64,000 nt of DNA from the human T2T-CHM13v2.0 reference genome, Homo sapiens: assembly GCF_009914755.1 (NCBI RefSeq), contig NC_060927.1; one strand, 5' to 3'. Each line of letters starts with the position of its first letter. Position 1 is the first letter of the stretch. Positions 28,958-44,250 of this stretch are shown one piece after another. The notes under the pieces were generated by a model that made no database searches, had not been told where the DNA came from, and worked only from the letters and a program-made list of their open reading frames with translations. The position numbers and the translations under genes are program-made.

Positions 28958-29020
28958 ATATATATGTATGTGTGTATATATATATGTATGTGTGTACATA
29001 TATATATATATACATACACA
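28958..29020. repeat. Compound (TA)n/(TG)n microsatellite
   Basis: Directly visible. Confidence 0.9.
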
Positions 29021-30130
29021 CTTTTTTTTATCATATTCTCTGAATGGAGCTATTTTTTTCTATTCCTTAGATGTTTTCACATTAAAAAGACAAACCATTA
29101 ATTAAGATTAAAATATTTTAAATAATTTGGATAGATACTGAAGTATCCTTCATGTTGTCTGGCAAATTATTTATTTATAAATAGAGAAATCTGAAGTTTT
29201 TATCCACTAATTTTGGATGAAGAAAATTGAAATATTTAAAAATTCTTGATGTGAAGTCTGGAACTCGATCATTTTATTATATTCCCTAACACAAATTGTA
29301 GTTTTAAGATTTTCGGTTATTATTATACTTTAAAAATAAAAAATGTAATTTTTTAATTGTAGAATTTAGAATATCAATAAATTCTTACCTCATGATTCCT
29401 CTTTTTTTCCTAATTGGAACTTTTTCACTGTATTCTACTTTTCATAAAATGTCTTTCATCCAAGGATTTCTGAATGCTTTATAAGCATTGGTCTTAATAT
29501 AGTTTGGTTACAAAAATCTGGAAAGTATGCTGAAATTTAGGGGTTTATTATGCTTCCTTCTCCCAGTGCCTTCCTCAATGAATATGGGCATCTCTGTGTA
29601 CTCTATGTTCTTGTAATATTGCATTTAGAGAACACCGTTTTGGGGAACCTTACATGCAGTTTCTTAGGAGGACACAAAGTTTCATTAGAGACCTTGCCCC
29701 AAGGAGCTAACAACCTTTAAAGAAGATAAGCCATAAATTAAAAAACAAACAAAACAGTATCATAACAACAAACCTATGGTATCAGACAGTATGTGTCAAG
29801 TATATGGGTATAAATATACGTGCTATTATTGGGGTTCAGAGAGGACTTCATGAAATAGATGGCTTTTGTTTTGGGCTTAGAAGGATAACTGTGTGGGGAA
29901 CACAGGGCAGCATTATAGGACAAAGTATCCTATGTCAAAAGTATAAAGATTAGAAAGTGTATGAAATGGGTAGTAGTTCCTGTTTGGGAAAAGGAAAGTG
30001 AGGTGAAGCACTTTTTTAACCCCAGACATAAAATATACTAATAGTTGTTTGTGTGCTTTCCTTTCTGAAATGGAAGCCCACAAATTACATGTTTTCTAAG
30101 GTAGTCCAAGCTTTTCTTCTCTCTGTGTAG

Positions 30131-31188
<1,058 letters not shown>

Positions 31189-31369
31189 AATTTATTTTCT
31201 TTAGCAAATGTTACTACATGCTATTTTCTGGTTATAAAGTTGTGTGTTTCATTCACATTGGTTACTGAGATAATAACTTTCAGCTTTTCTCCTAAATTCA
31301 GCTACTGTTCTCCCAACTGCAGAAACTAAGAATGAGGTGCTGTTGTCCTGATAAATAAGTCAGCAATAC

Positions 31370-32190
31370 ACTAATAACAATGCTATAAGAAGCACTTACT
31401 ATGTGCCAGGCACTGTTCAAAGAATTTTACAGATATCTACTTATTGCATGTCAGGGTCCAGTCAGGAAAATAGTAATCACATTCTGCATTTGAGTAGGGG
31501 CTATTTTATATAGAAAATCCATTACACAGTAGAGATAATAACTACAAAAAGCAGCTACAGGAATCCCTCCCCTCACATTCAGGAGAACAATGGACATTGG
31601 GGTTACTAGAATCTGGTAGATCACAGGAGGGTGCTCAGCCTTTTGATGAGAGGAATCTCTTGGCTGCAACCACATCTTATGAATTTCAGAAACAGCCCCA
31701 TAGAGATCATTCTCTGAGTTAATGGCATGGACAGGTTATTGCTTATATCTCTAAGGGGGCAAGTGTGTTGAAATAAGCTAGAAGCTTGAAGAAATGGCAA
31801 TGAAGAATGCTGACAAACTAGCCAAAATCAAAAAGAAGTATTTTCTCTCTCCCTCTATCTTCTAACATCCCTCTTGTGTCTCTTATTGGTAGGGCCTAAT
31901 AAGATGACCACTGACAGAGGAGGATGAGAAGTGTCATTTGTAGCACTCTTCCCCAGAGTACTATAGAGCAGAGGATAGAAGAGAGTATTGGGGCTGAGAC
32001 ACAATAAACAAATAACAAGCACAGTCACATAATCCTATGAGGTGAATTCTATGATTATTTTATTTTCAAATGAATAAACCAAGGGCCAGAGATTTTAGGT
32101 GAGCTGTCTAAGGCCAACAGATATTAGTGGAGATGAGCAACAGACATCTGACTCCAGAGTCCATACCACTGCCTTCTGTGCTCTACCGCC
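31370..32190 (-). mobile_element. MIR split by an LTR41-family ERVL LTR (31449-32023, - strand)
   Basis: MIR halves gcacttactatgtgccaggcactgttc and aatcctatgaggtgaattc...gactccagagtcc. The insert's reverse complement begins tgtgcttgttatttgtttattgtgtctcagcccc, like LTR41. Confidence 0.65.
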
Positions 32191-34609
32191 TCTTGGTAAA
32201 ACTGGGTAGTAGGATTATTAAAGAGATTAGAAAACCAGGTTTTTATATAGAATTATCACTGGCTCTTTGTTTTTATGATTCCTGTTGAAGTATTTTTTTT
32301 AATCTTCAAGTTAATATAATTTTAACTTAATTATTCTAGAGCATTTAGAGGACTTTGCCATTGTTCTATCTATAAAGACGAGAAGAAAATAGGAAGAAAG
32401 CTTTATATTTCTGGTGTCATACGTATTTACTAGATATTAATATATTTAACCATTATATATGTATGGGGCTGGAGTGGCATTGTGTGATGGGGTATGGTAT
32501 TAACAAGGTTTAGTCTTTCATTTACTTTATTGATCTATTCATTAATTCCACGTTGTAAAGGGTGTTAAAATCACAATGAACAAGAAAGACGTAGTCTCAG
32601 CTTTCACAGAACTCACATTTTATTTGCTCAATAAAGTAGACTGGTGAATTAGTAAAAGCCAGTATGGTGACTTCCCATGTATTAGTGATCTTATTATTAT
32701 ATTTCTAAATGAGTAATTGAACCAAACACAAAGGTTGTTTGAAGTTGTAGTGTTCGTTTTTTTCTGGCTTTGCAACCCAATCAAGAGCAGAAAAGTGTGG
32801 TAATAAACTGGAAATGACCATTTCTTCAGGACTTTAGAAGGTTAAGAACACAGAGGTAGAGAAGGGGCTACAGATGGTCTCATGGAAAAGGGCTCTAAAA
32901 GTAGTTAGAAAAAATTAACTAGAAATACATTGGAAATAAAGTTAAAGGTTGTTGAGTAATTGTTTTCTTTACCAATTACATTCTTAGCAATGTAAGTTCA
33001 AGACAAGAGTAAATAGTTGGGGAGTCTATAGTTGAGCCATCATTACCTTTAGAGATTTTTAACTGGAGTATAGAAACATTGGGGTGTGGCTTTAATTTAT
33101 GGCAATCAAACATATTTAATCACCAAGGCAGAAAATCAATTAGGCTAGATTAGGCTTGGTTCTTACCCACAGTGCACTTTTTACATATTTGAGATATTGG
33201 AATTTCTGAGATAATGTTTTTATGGAGACATGAGAGAATTTTTGACCTGAGAAATATATTGCAAAGTCTAATATAATATCTGTATCTTTTTTTTATAATT
33301 CTTATAATGTCACAACTTAACTTTAAACATTTGTGTAGAATAGTGAGGCAGAAGCTTGGACTAGAGACAAAGCCATATTAGAATACACATTATCAAAAGA
33401 TAAACTGTATAGTCTGAGCCAAATTGTTTGGGGCCATCTTGTCCAGCACCCCCACACAAAATAAGAAAGTAAAAGGAAAGAGTTAAACCCAGGAGTCTGC
33501 AAAACAAAGGCACTGGAGTAGATTGGAGATGCTTCCAGAGTTGCTCATTATATATGGGGTTTGAGCAGACATGAAGACCAGTGGAGTCTACTACTAGGGA
33601 AAAGCACCATTCTGGCTTTCATATAACAGTGAAACACTCTAATATGCAAAATTCTCTTTTTAATATCCTTTTGTATCTTTGGGACTTATCTTGATTTTTC
33701 CCATTGTCTAGTTCACATTTCTCCTGCCTCAACTTCTCAACTTTAAGCAATGATTGCTGACTTTGTACTCTGTTTCCTGGCTTCCGATTTCACATTTTTC
33801 TTTTGTTATAGTGCCTCCAAGCATTAATCCTTTGGTAAGGAGTTTTTGGCTCAGTTCTAGGGCTTTCCATGCATATACAGTGCCCTTATAGGCAGCCTTA
33901 TAGTTACTTTGAGCACTTATTGAGATAGTTACCAAGGTCACCTGGCCTGAACTCACACATATGAAAAAGTGCCTGGTGTTGCTAGGTGGTAGAATAAGAC
34001 TTACCCATAATTGACATATATCATTTTTAAGATTGCAAACTTTCTTTAACATTTTAAACTAGTTTTGATTTAAAAAATTCAAAAGCGTTTCACAAACTTT
34101 CTTGCTTCTAAAAAGCAGAGTATGATAAGCAACACTTAAGCATTTCTTGATGACTCATTTTAATTTTCAAAATTAACTACTATACCACAATATAAAACAG
34201 AGTATAGTCACTGCACTAAATGGTCCCAGACAGCTATATAGTTTGCATCCTTATGTCATAATTATTTTCTGCTTCCTTTCCAGTTGTTAAGCTATCAAAT
34301 CAGCTATTCTCCAGGATCTCCCTGACTTCTTTTATAATATGTTGCTTGGAATTAGAAAACCAGATAGCCAAATTGATTAAAATGATGTCTAATCAAAGTG
34401 GGGAGCATCTCTGATTCATGACTGGTGAAATTTTCCATTAGGAAAGTGCAAGGTACTGAATTCCTTGACATTTGCATTTATTGGAACTATTTGGAGGTTT
34501 TTTGAAATTTACTTTGGTTCTCAGTTGGATCCTGGAAACTTTATGTCCTCATACTCTCAGAGAGTGGTGTAACTTACTAATGTCTTTGGGTTATAAGTCA
34601 GCAAGGAGT

Positions 34610-34770
34610 CAGCATAATGTAAGGTGGCCAGGTAGACAGGGTTTGACTCTTGCTTTTGTCACTTGCTAGCTTGAACAAGTCACACAGCACGTTTGAGCCT
34701 CATTTCAGTCATCTATAAACCTGTCATAAATGTTGGTCAGTATTAAAGGTCTTGTGTGGTATAAATCTAA
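34610..34770 (+). mobile_element. MIR fragment
   Basis: cttgaacaagtcacacagcacgtttgagcctcatttcagtcatctataaa. Confidence 0.65.
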
Positions 34771-35293
34771 TACTCTAAGTCCATCACATCTCTTGAAGAA
34801 AAAGACTTCATATAACACAATGGGTAAAATAGATTGGTTTACAGAGTTTATCTTTGCAAAACAAAACCATATTGTTTACCATATGCAAAAGTCACTTTTT
34901 TTCAGCTTTGCCTGTCTTTATTGCTAGAATTCTTGTAATAAAAATCTCTGCCTTCTCCTTAGATTATTATTCTAGGGATGATCTGATGACCAGGGGTCCA
35001 GACACCATGCTCCAACTTCTACAGTCTCCTCCCACTGCCCTTTATCCAAAATTATTGCCCTTTTCAGAAGAAAGTTTTACAGTGACTGAGTCTGTCAAGG
35101 GCCAATGAGAATAATTTAACTAAATTATGAATTTATAGGCCAGAATTAAGAATGTAAGCCTGAGGGGTACTGGTTTAAAAGGCAGCATTAGCTTTCCAGT
35201 TTTTGATGGAACGATAATTTTGGTACTATTTTGGAACTTTTCTGGCTACTAAAATAGCCAAAGCCTGTGACTCCAGTCCCTAGAGATTGTGCC

Positions 35294-35689
35294 TGTATTA
35301 GACCATTTTTACACTGTATTAGACCATTTTCACACTGCTATAAAGATACTACCCAAGACTGGGTAATTTATAAACAGAGGAGGTTTAATTAACTCACAGT
35401 TTGGCATGGCTGGGGAGGCCTAATGAAACTTACAATCATGGCAGAAGGGGAAGCAGGCACCTCTCACAAGGTGGCAGGAGAGAGAAAAGAAAAGAGTGAA
35501 GTGGGAAGAGCTCCTCAAGAAACCAACAGATCTCATGAGAACTCATTCACTATCATGAGAATAGCATAGAGGAAACTGCTCCCATGATCCAATCACCTCC
35601 CTTCTGGTTCCTCCCTGGACTCATGGGGATTATGGGAATTAACAGTTCAAGATGAGATTTGAGTGGGGACACAGAGCCAAACCATATCA
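35294..35689 (-). mobile_element. THE1D-like MaLR solo LTR with a 21-bp terminal tandem duplication
   Basis: TG...CA termini, perfect TSD GTGCC (35289-35293 / 35690-35694). Confidence 0.92.
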
Positions 35690-36011
35690 GTGCCTTTTGG
35701 GGAATTCTTTTGGAAATTGGGGAGCATGAAAACCAATGTATAACTGTTGTCTAAAATCAAGGAGAGTGGAAAGCTGTGTGAATGACACACATTTCCGGAG
35801 TTTGGTAGGACAAAAACACATGAGCTTCCCTGTAAAAATAATAGAGACTGCAGAAGAGAATTAGATTCTATATAAAAAGATCCTGCCTTCAAAGGCTTCT
35901 TCCTAGGATGTGAGGACCCCAGAGTAAATCTCTGGGCAGAAGTTGAGGGAGAACTCTAATTTCTAGGATAGAGGTGTTCAGCCATGGATGCAAGAGACTA
36001 AAGGGGGAAAT

Positions 36012-36376
36012 TGACATGGTTTAACTCTGTGTCTCCACCCGTATCTCATCTGGTAGCTCCAATAATTCCCACGTGTTGTGGAAGGGACCCAGTGAGAGAT
36101 AATTGAATCATGGAGGTGGGTCTTTCCCATGCTGTACTCGTGATAGGGAATGGGTCTCACGAGATCTGATGGTTTTAAAAACGGGGTTTCTCTGCACAGG
36201 TTTTCTCTTTGCCTGCTGCCATCCACGTAAGATGTGACTTGCTCCTCCTTGCCTTCTGCCATGATTGTGAGGCCTCCCCAGCCATGTGGAACCATAAGTC
36301 CAATAAACCTGTTTCTTTTGTAAATTGCCCAGTCTTGGGTATGTCTTTATCAGCAACGTGAAAATGGACTAGTACA
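36012..36376 (+). mobile_element. THE1B-like MaLR solo LTR
   Basis: TGACATGGTTTAACTCTGTGTCTCCACC...aaaatggactagtaca. TSD GAAAT/GAAGT. Confidence 0.92.
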
Positions 36377-36564
36377 GAAGTATTTCTTGAGAATCCACAG
36401 AAGCCTTTCCTGAGAGAGCACTGCGTAACAGAGACCATTAAACAAGCAATGAAGAATAATAAATAGCTAGGCAAGTAATGTTTTGCCTTTTCCTCTAGTT
36501 TTACTTCTCCTTGTACCCAGAAGAGCATGAAGCAAAAGAGCCAGTGGATAAGGAATTGAAGTAA

Positions 36565-36943
<379 letters not shown>

Positions 36944-38359
36944 CATCCCCTTTTCCTATTACTTGTCTGAGATGTCTTGGTCCAGGCTCAATATGAGAGA
37001 GGCAGAACTTTAAACTGTATAGAGGACAGAATTTCATTTTATTTATATTTTAGATTGAACTGGACTACTTAAATCTGATACAGATAGTATCCTAATACCA
37101 GGAAACTTATGTCATCTGCTCAAGATAGCCTCAACAGATGGAAAAGGAAGACTCAACATAATTTGTTAAAGGCAACAGTGGATAAAAGAAAAACTTCTTC
37201 CCGAACAGTCTTTAAATTCAATTCATTTAAAGGACTGTCAAAATAAACATATCTCATAAAAATCTGATCTACATATTTATTTAAAGGCATCCTTCACTCA
37301 TTTATTCATTTATTCAGAGTATCGCTATATCTTCTGGCATTGTCCAACAGATTTTATAACAATTTTAAGTAAATTCTAAATTAGATGTTATAATATAATA
37401 AAAGAAATGCATCAATGTTTGCATTTTGAGCTTCCTTATAAATGGAGATCCCACACAGCAATGATAGGAACCAGGTTTAGGGGAGAGAAATGAGAGAGGA
37501 CAAATAGGGCATAGTAATTACAGTGATCTAACTTCACTATTCTTTGCAATGAAAAGCAGCAGGATGAACTTTCATTCTTGAAAACGTTGACTGGTGGTAC
37601 GGGTTATTGCGAGCACATTCCCTGTATACACTGTGAAGACTGCCTAACCACAGTAGGAGCCAATACATGTTTATGCCACTATCTTGTATTACATGTGATG
37701 TCTTGGTAATATACAACCCATTCAGGACTCTTTCCTAGAAGCTTTTTATTGAGTATCACAAAATCCACACTGTGTATACAATTTAGAGTCTATCAAAGCA
37801 GATGAGAACATATTATGCTTACTGTCTTGGGGAACAATTTCAATCAGCCTCCCCACTCCAATCCCTTATTAGTGGCTGCCTATAGCATTGTGCTGAGGCT
37901 GATTCCATAATCACATCAGAGTGTGGCAGGAACACCATAGCAATTAGCAACATGTTCCAGGAACAAGGAGAAGAGAGAGGTGGCAAGTTGGCCATATATT
38001 TGACAGCGTCTAAATTGAAGCTTACTTTTTTCCCCTGCAGCAACTGATCATTGAGGTAAAAGCAGGCTATTGATTTATGTTGAAGTGGAGAGTAAACTAT
38101 GGTTTGATGACAGGTAGCGTCCAGTCATTTTGCAACACCCAAAGTAGCATGTTACTTCTGATCTTCTTAGTTGTTTGTCTAACTATTAATCCAACATCAG
38201 CAGCATGTTTTCAGAGATGGACAGGACTCCTAGAATGGGGGAATGAGCAACTGAAGACTTATGCGTTGTAAGTACATGAGTCCATAAGGTGTACAGACAA
38301 ATGCCCAAGAAGCCACCACCAGCTCCACTTTTCTTGAAGTGGAGGGTGGGAATGTATAT

Positions 38360-38996
38360 ATTGTTGATTCTCATTATTCACAGCAGCTATATTCTATAAT
38401 ATCACTGCAAACACTGAATTGGTGAATACTGAACACTTGCTCCTAGGGCAAATACAGGGTTAGGTTCCTGTGAGCCTCTAGTCACACATTTTTCTTGACC
38501 AATCAATAACATTGATTTAGGTTGACTTATGTTTAAAAATTTCTTACTTAATATACACTGTTGATTCATTAACATTGAACTCACAACCAACAGCCACTAA
38601 TTTATGCTAGAACAAACTTATCTAACACATATTTTCTGCATAAGGCACATCACAGTCTTCTTGTATTTAGGAATGCTACACAGCTCTTCAGCCTGATTCT
38701 TAGCGGCATTTTAAACAGTGAAATCATTAACAAAAGGCACTAAAAAGCCAAAACCATGCCATTGAATAGACCACAAAAAATACAGTTGTTTACAGTATGA
38801 AACAAGAACTTGTTTACAGAGCTGAAACAAGAAAACAGAGAATGTGTGTATCAGGTGACTCAAATTTTTCACTATTTCGAGCATGATCACGAATGACAGT
38901 GAAGGTATCATGAGTATTGTTTTGGGGGTTACAAATAAATTTTAGTAAACAGGCAAATTCACAAATATGAAATCTGTGAATAATGAAAATTAACTA
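38360..38996 (-). mobile_element. MER82-like TcMar-Tigger element
   Basis: Inverted ends gttgattctcattattcac / gtgaataatgaaaattaac; gggggttacaaataaattttag. Confidence 0.8.
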
Positions 38997-40110
38997 TGTG
39001 TTTGTGTGTGTATGACTTTTTAACTAGAAATAAAGATGCAGCCTTTAACATGAAGAGCTCCCATTTAATTGAAAATTTATGACTAGTACAAATAAAATAT
39101 TCAAGGAAAATGCAAACTTGATATACAAGAAGACTAAACTCAACGGTTGAAATGCTAATATGAAATTCAAGGAGGAGTCTACGGAATACTCCAAGCAGAG
39201 ATATTTTTAAAGAAGTAGGAATTGTTCTGAGCATTTGAGTGTGGGATAAAATTTGTTTAAGAGGAATGTAGCAGATAATGGACCTCAGGTGATGGTTCAG
39301 AGCGAACAAAGGTTTGGAGGCAAGAATGATGCTCTGAGGGCCCCTATAGCACTCCAGAACCAGTAGCACATGGAAGCAAAGATGGACTAGAGAGAAAGAC
39401 TGAGCCCAGTGGGACACACAGAGCAGCTGGTCTGAGGATTTCATTCTGTAATCAGAAATACACCCCAGTTTGACCTTCATATTCTGATTTCAGGCTCAGG
39501 CTCCGATGGAATAATGGCTGTGCCTTTTATGTATGTGTATATTTAACTAAATTAAGCATGCAGCATTCTGCACAGATGAGCACTTGATATATTTGTTTAT
39601 TGGTTATTCTTTCACTCCCGCCTTGCCCAAGAGAAGTGAATGATTATAGTTTTTTCACCCTTTCTCAGAAACCTCACAGTGTGGGAGCAAAGTATTCCTT
39701 TCCCCAGGATAAAAGAGAGAAAGTAAATTGAGCCATAACAAATATTAGCCCACGTATGCTACTAAGTGTTCCCAAAAATTGGAGGTTAAATAAATCCACC
39801 ATGTGGCTTTCAGAGTTGTGGTATAGTCAGGGGCAACACCCATAAGGACTTTATTTCTGAATGCTTTTTGAGAATATGCCCATGATTAAACTCTGTGCTG
39901 TCATTTAAAATGAGGGAATTAAACAACCAGCAATTAATATCACACTGGAGTATTACAGTCATATATGCAAGGATTTAGATACCTTTTATTAAATGTATTA
40001 TTTTAAAGCTTATAAATATTTTTAATTGTTTCCATTTCTACCAAAAGTCTTATTTACAAAGGGATGGATGCTGCTGGGGTAAGATGACAGACTCAGGCAA
40101 TCTTCCTGGG

Positions 40111-40432
40111 CAGGGATTGAGAACATTTTTTGTAAAAGTTCAGATAACAAATATTGCAGGCTTTGCCTAAGAATAGGCTCTTTCACAGCTGCTCAACTCT
40201 GCCATGTGAAACCAGTCATAGATAATACATAAGTGAATGAGCATCGCTATGTCCCAATAAAATTTTATTCATTGGCATTTATATTTGAATTTTAAATATC
40301 TTTCTCATCTTATAAAATAGTGTTGTTCTTTTGATTGATTTTTTTAACCAATTAAAAATGTAACTGCGACTGTTACCTTGTGGGACACAACAGAAGAGAT
40401 TTGGCCCATAGGCTGTAGTTTTCAGACTCCTG
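40111..40432 (+). mobile_element. MER58B-like hAT-Charlie element
   Basis: CAGGGATTG...agatttggcccataggctgtagttttcagactcCTG. Confidence 0.8.
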
Positions 40433-40561
40433 CTCTTAGGTAAAAGAGAGTCAATACTTCTCAGAGACTGAGAAAAAGGCGTTGGGCAGGCTAGGGGTAT
40501 AATTGTGAATTGTGAATCCAGATTAAGAGGACAAGGTTCTTTGTCCCTGAAAAGCTTACGT

Positions 40562-41911
40562 ATTGCTCCTGATGGTACTTTCTCAGGGACTGGAGTCACA
40601 GGCCTTGGCTACTGCAGAGTCTGGAAAGATGCTTCAAAGCAGTACCAAAGCACCCACTTGCAGTATTGCTTCAGGCTCTTCTGGCTAAGAAGAATAGGGA
40701 AATCAGGGGAAAGGCAAAATATTACTTTCTTGGCTATTTATTATTCTTCAGTGCTCTTTTAGTGGTCTCTGCTATACAGTGCTCTCTCATGGAAAACTTG
40801 TGTGTCTTTAAGAAACACTCCCTACTCTCAGTCTCTTGCACCTATGTTGAAGACCTCTATCCTGGAACTCAGAGTTCTTCCCCAACTCCTGCTCAGAGTC
40901 TTATTCTGGGGTCTTCTCATGCCAGGAAGAAGCCCTTAAAGGCAAAACATTTTTGCTATGGAGAGGAGGCAGGGAAATACTAGGTAGAAAAGGGCAGGGT
41001 CTCTGGCAAGGGTTCTACCCTAGAGCCTGGACCCATGGCCCTAAATGAGAATTTCACATCCCCATTTTCCCACCTGAATGTTACCTTTTGGCCCATGACA
41101 CCCCCTATCCTGTGTCCATAAAAACCCCAAACTCCACTGGCAGAGGAACAGAGTGGCTTGGCAGAGAAAGAGAGAAGTGTCTGAATGTCAAGAGAAGAAG
41201 AGGCAGCTGGACATCAGAGACTATGGAGAGGAGTTTGGCTGGGGATGGCCAAACTCCAGGGGAAGATTATCTTTCCATTCTATCCCCTTTCCAGCTCTCC
41301 ATCCCGCTGAAAGCTACTTCCACTGCTCAATAAAATCTCCAAATTTACCATCCTTCAAGTCTATGTGACCTGATTCTTCCTGGATGCCAGACAAGAACCC
41401 AGGTACCAATAGGGCAGGGTGTAAAAGGCTGTCATCGTGACCCTCCACTGAGCTGGTTTAACACTTAGCCATCTGCAGACGGCAAATGCTAGAAGAGCAT
41501 TGTTTGTAACACATGCCCTGTGGGGCTCCAGAGGTCACGGGCAACCCCTAGATGCTGCCACGGGTTGGTACAGGGTTTGTTCCTGTCAGTTCCCAAAGGC
41601 ATTCACCCCGGCTCCTCCACCTGCTCACCGGCATGCTCCCTCTTCTGCAAGGGGTTTGAGTGGGTGGTCAAGCAAATGAGCCACCCCTGCTGCAGGTCCC
41701 ACAAGGGGGTCAAGGGAACTCTCCTATCTCATTTTCATAATGGCTGTAGCCCATTTCCCTTCTATAGTTTCTATTTGGCTTACAGAAAAACTCACATGTC
41801 CTTGTCATCCCAAACTTTGGAAATTTGTGCCATTGACAGGGTTTTCCTTTCTCCTTGATTTCAGGCAAGAGTCATACACTGATCTTCATGCTCCTCAGAT
41901 TCCAAGAGGTA
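40562..41911 (-). repeat. Copy B: inverted, circularly permuted homolog of 35218-36550, interrupted by an LTR1
   Basis: Reverse complement aligns by eye to copy A at ~75-82% identity. Flanked by TACGT direct repeats (40557-40561 / 41912-41916). Confidence 0.8.
40954..41731 (+). mobile_element. LTR1-family (HUERS-P2) ERV1 solo LTR
   Basis: TGCTATGGAGAGGAGGCAGGGAAATACT...gggaactctcctatctCA, AATAAA at ~41329, TTTT TSD. Confidence 0.88.
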
Positions 41912-42529
41912 TACGTCAAATTTCCAAACAATTATCTCACTGCATAAAACATTTGTCCTATAATGGCATCTAATGCATCATCCTCTAATCAAGCTCAAAA
42001 ATGTTAAGTAAGGAGGTCGATATCTCTTCCCTGTGACGGATCGTCAGTTTCTTTCTCAGAAGGTGGTTTTCTGCCCTCTCTCACTTAGCTTGGAATTTGG
42101 GAGAAGATACATTCTCCTCTCTTTCATTATACAAAGGGAAGAGAAATGCCACAGTACTCCTTATTTCTACTAATTTCATTCCATTTGCCTTCCCTCTCTG
42201 ATTAATCTCTCTTGAATTTCTTACCTTTCCTTACATAGGGCAGTGGTGGACCATAGGCTAAAGGTTGCAGAGCCAATTTTGTCTACCTCTTAGAAAATTC
42301 TGTGGGGATGCTGTGTTTGTTGTATCATTCATTGCTCTCAGCTTTGGGGCCTCATCAGGAAAGCAGAAATCTTACATAACATACCCAGTGCACTTGTAAA
42401 CCACTATTTGGGCTGGTTTTACACTACCTTTTATGGACTCTCAGGAGAAATAAAGATCATAGATATCAGTTAATTCACCCATATGATGGTCAAATTTCCT
42501 CTGCAACATCCCTGTGGATAACTTATACA

Positions 42530-42930
42530 TCTTCAAGTCCTCCAATCACGGAAACAACTCATTGTATTTGGGAATAGCATTAGTGAGAAGTCCTTCCACG
42601 TGTCAAGTCAAAGTCTGCTTTTCTGTAATTTTCCCTCGACCTTCCTCCTCATTCTCTTCTTTGAAGCTAAACAGGACAAGCTGTTCTCTTCGGAGAAGCT
42701 TTTATATGAGAATCTTTAAATATGTGAGGATAACAGAGATTTTTTTTTCTTTTTACTTCCTTGAAGACTCAGGATTCCCATTGACTGCAATTGTTTCATA
42801 ATGAGATTGTTTCAAATCCTGTCATTAAAGGGGTCTCATTTGGACACAATTCATTTTCCAGGTGGGGTTTGACCTAAACCAAATTGAACAGAAGAATCAT
42901 CATCCTTCTTTTGGGAAACCGTGCTTCTAA
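42530..42930 (-). mobile_element. L3/CR1 fragment
   Basis: gagaagtccttccacgtgtcaagtcaaagtctgcttttctgtaattttcc...aaacaggacaag resembles antisense L3. Confidence 0.55.
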
Positions 42931-43039
42931 AATCCACTCCTCCCACCTCTGAGCCTCTTTTTCCTGAAGGAATCCTATTCACTCTTTAGAATTTAGGCCA
43001 TCTTTTTCAATACCTCTCCTCTTCCCCTTCCTCTTTTCT

Positions 43040-43251
43040 GAAATGTCACTGTATATATGCATCTTTATTTTGGTATGTGTCCTATTGAATGGTAAATTAA
43101 TTACTTAATTTTATATCTGTTTTTCCCAGAAAATGCTAAGCTCTTGAAACAAGGACAATGTGTTATGCATCACTAGATTCCCCTTATGTCTTTATGCCTG
43201 GCACAAGCTGGAGACTTCATGAATGATGTTGAATAAACAAATAAGTGAATG
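43040..43251 (+). mobile_element. L2 3' end
   Basis: taagctcttgaaacaaggacaatgtg...tgcctggcaca...tgttgaataaacaaataagtgaatg. Confidence 0.75.
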
Positions 43252-43609
43252 CAGCCTAAGACTCCCTTCAGCCTTCCTAGTAGTGGTATCATACAGTTGC
43301 ACCATGTTGAACACTTTGCCAATTTACATTTCTGAGAGCTTTTCACTTTTGCTCAGCTCACCTGGGTTTTCTCCATTATACTTATACCTATTATATGTAT
43401 TTTAACTACACATATGTGTTGAAAAGTTAACATCTGAAAAGTGTATCTTAATGAAAAGTAATTCCAAATTATTTTAATCTATTTACAAATTCAGAGTAGA
43501 CCTTATATTAACTCACAGTATAAGTATTTGAAAACAATTAACATTTCATTTATTTTAGCCAGTCTTTTTACCCCTTCAAATTACCCTCCTCTAGGGAGAT
43601 TTTATCAGC

Positions 43610-44250
43610 TGTAAGATGGATCAGGGACCCTTCTTAGGGGCCTGCTAGGTCCCCACAAGCATGGAAATAAAGAAAAAAATCTTGAGTCCCTTCAAGGTAA
43701 ATTCTAGGCACCTAGCTAGCCTTGAAAAGTAAGTGAGCAAACACATAAGCAAGAGGATATTAACAATAGTCTCCTAAGCAAGCCAACGTCAAAAGGTGTT
43801 TTGGTTCCTCTGGAAACAAAAAGTTAAAATCTTAACATATGTTCTTGGGTTGTTTTTCAGAAATCCCCACCAAATGGAAAATGCCAACTGCTATCACATA
43901 GACCTCGGAGAAGGAAGACCTGGGGACTGAACTCTGGTCTCTGTTCTTCATTCTGCATTTCTTCCTGAGGGGCCTGGAGAGAATCACACCCTTGGGCCAA
44001 ACCAATGTCTAACCTCCATGTATTGATTTATGATTTTTCCTACAACTTCTGCTCTCCTGGAATGTATCCTTACCTTGAAAAACCCTTGCTTATAAGCCAT
44101 CTGGGAGTTTGGGTCTTAAGCATTAGCTGCCCGTCCTCCTTGCTTGGTTGGCACCATGCAATAAATGCCGTTTTCTTTAACTGCAAATCTTGATGTCAGT
44201 GTCTGGCTTTCCTGCACTGGGCAAGAAGACCCCAGTTTGGTTTGGTGGCA
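43610..44250 (+). mobile_element. ERV1 (MER4-group) solo LTR, subfamily uncertain
   Basis: cagggacccttcttaggggcctgc...aagcatggaaataaag...gcaataaatgcc...tggtggCA, with LTR-type AATAAA near the 3' end. Confidence 0.8.

Noticed and set aside
31865-31900. LTR41-borne CTCF site
   Set aside because: The corresponding sequence (reverse complement ccaataagagacac) has lost the GGGGGCGC core.
38959-39480. 173-aa ORF
   Set aside because: It overlaps degenerate L2/MER82 sequence, with no recognisable homology or splice context.
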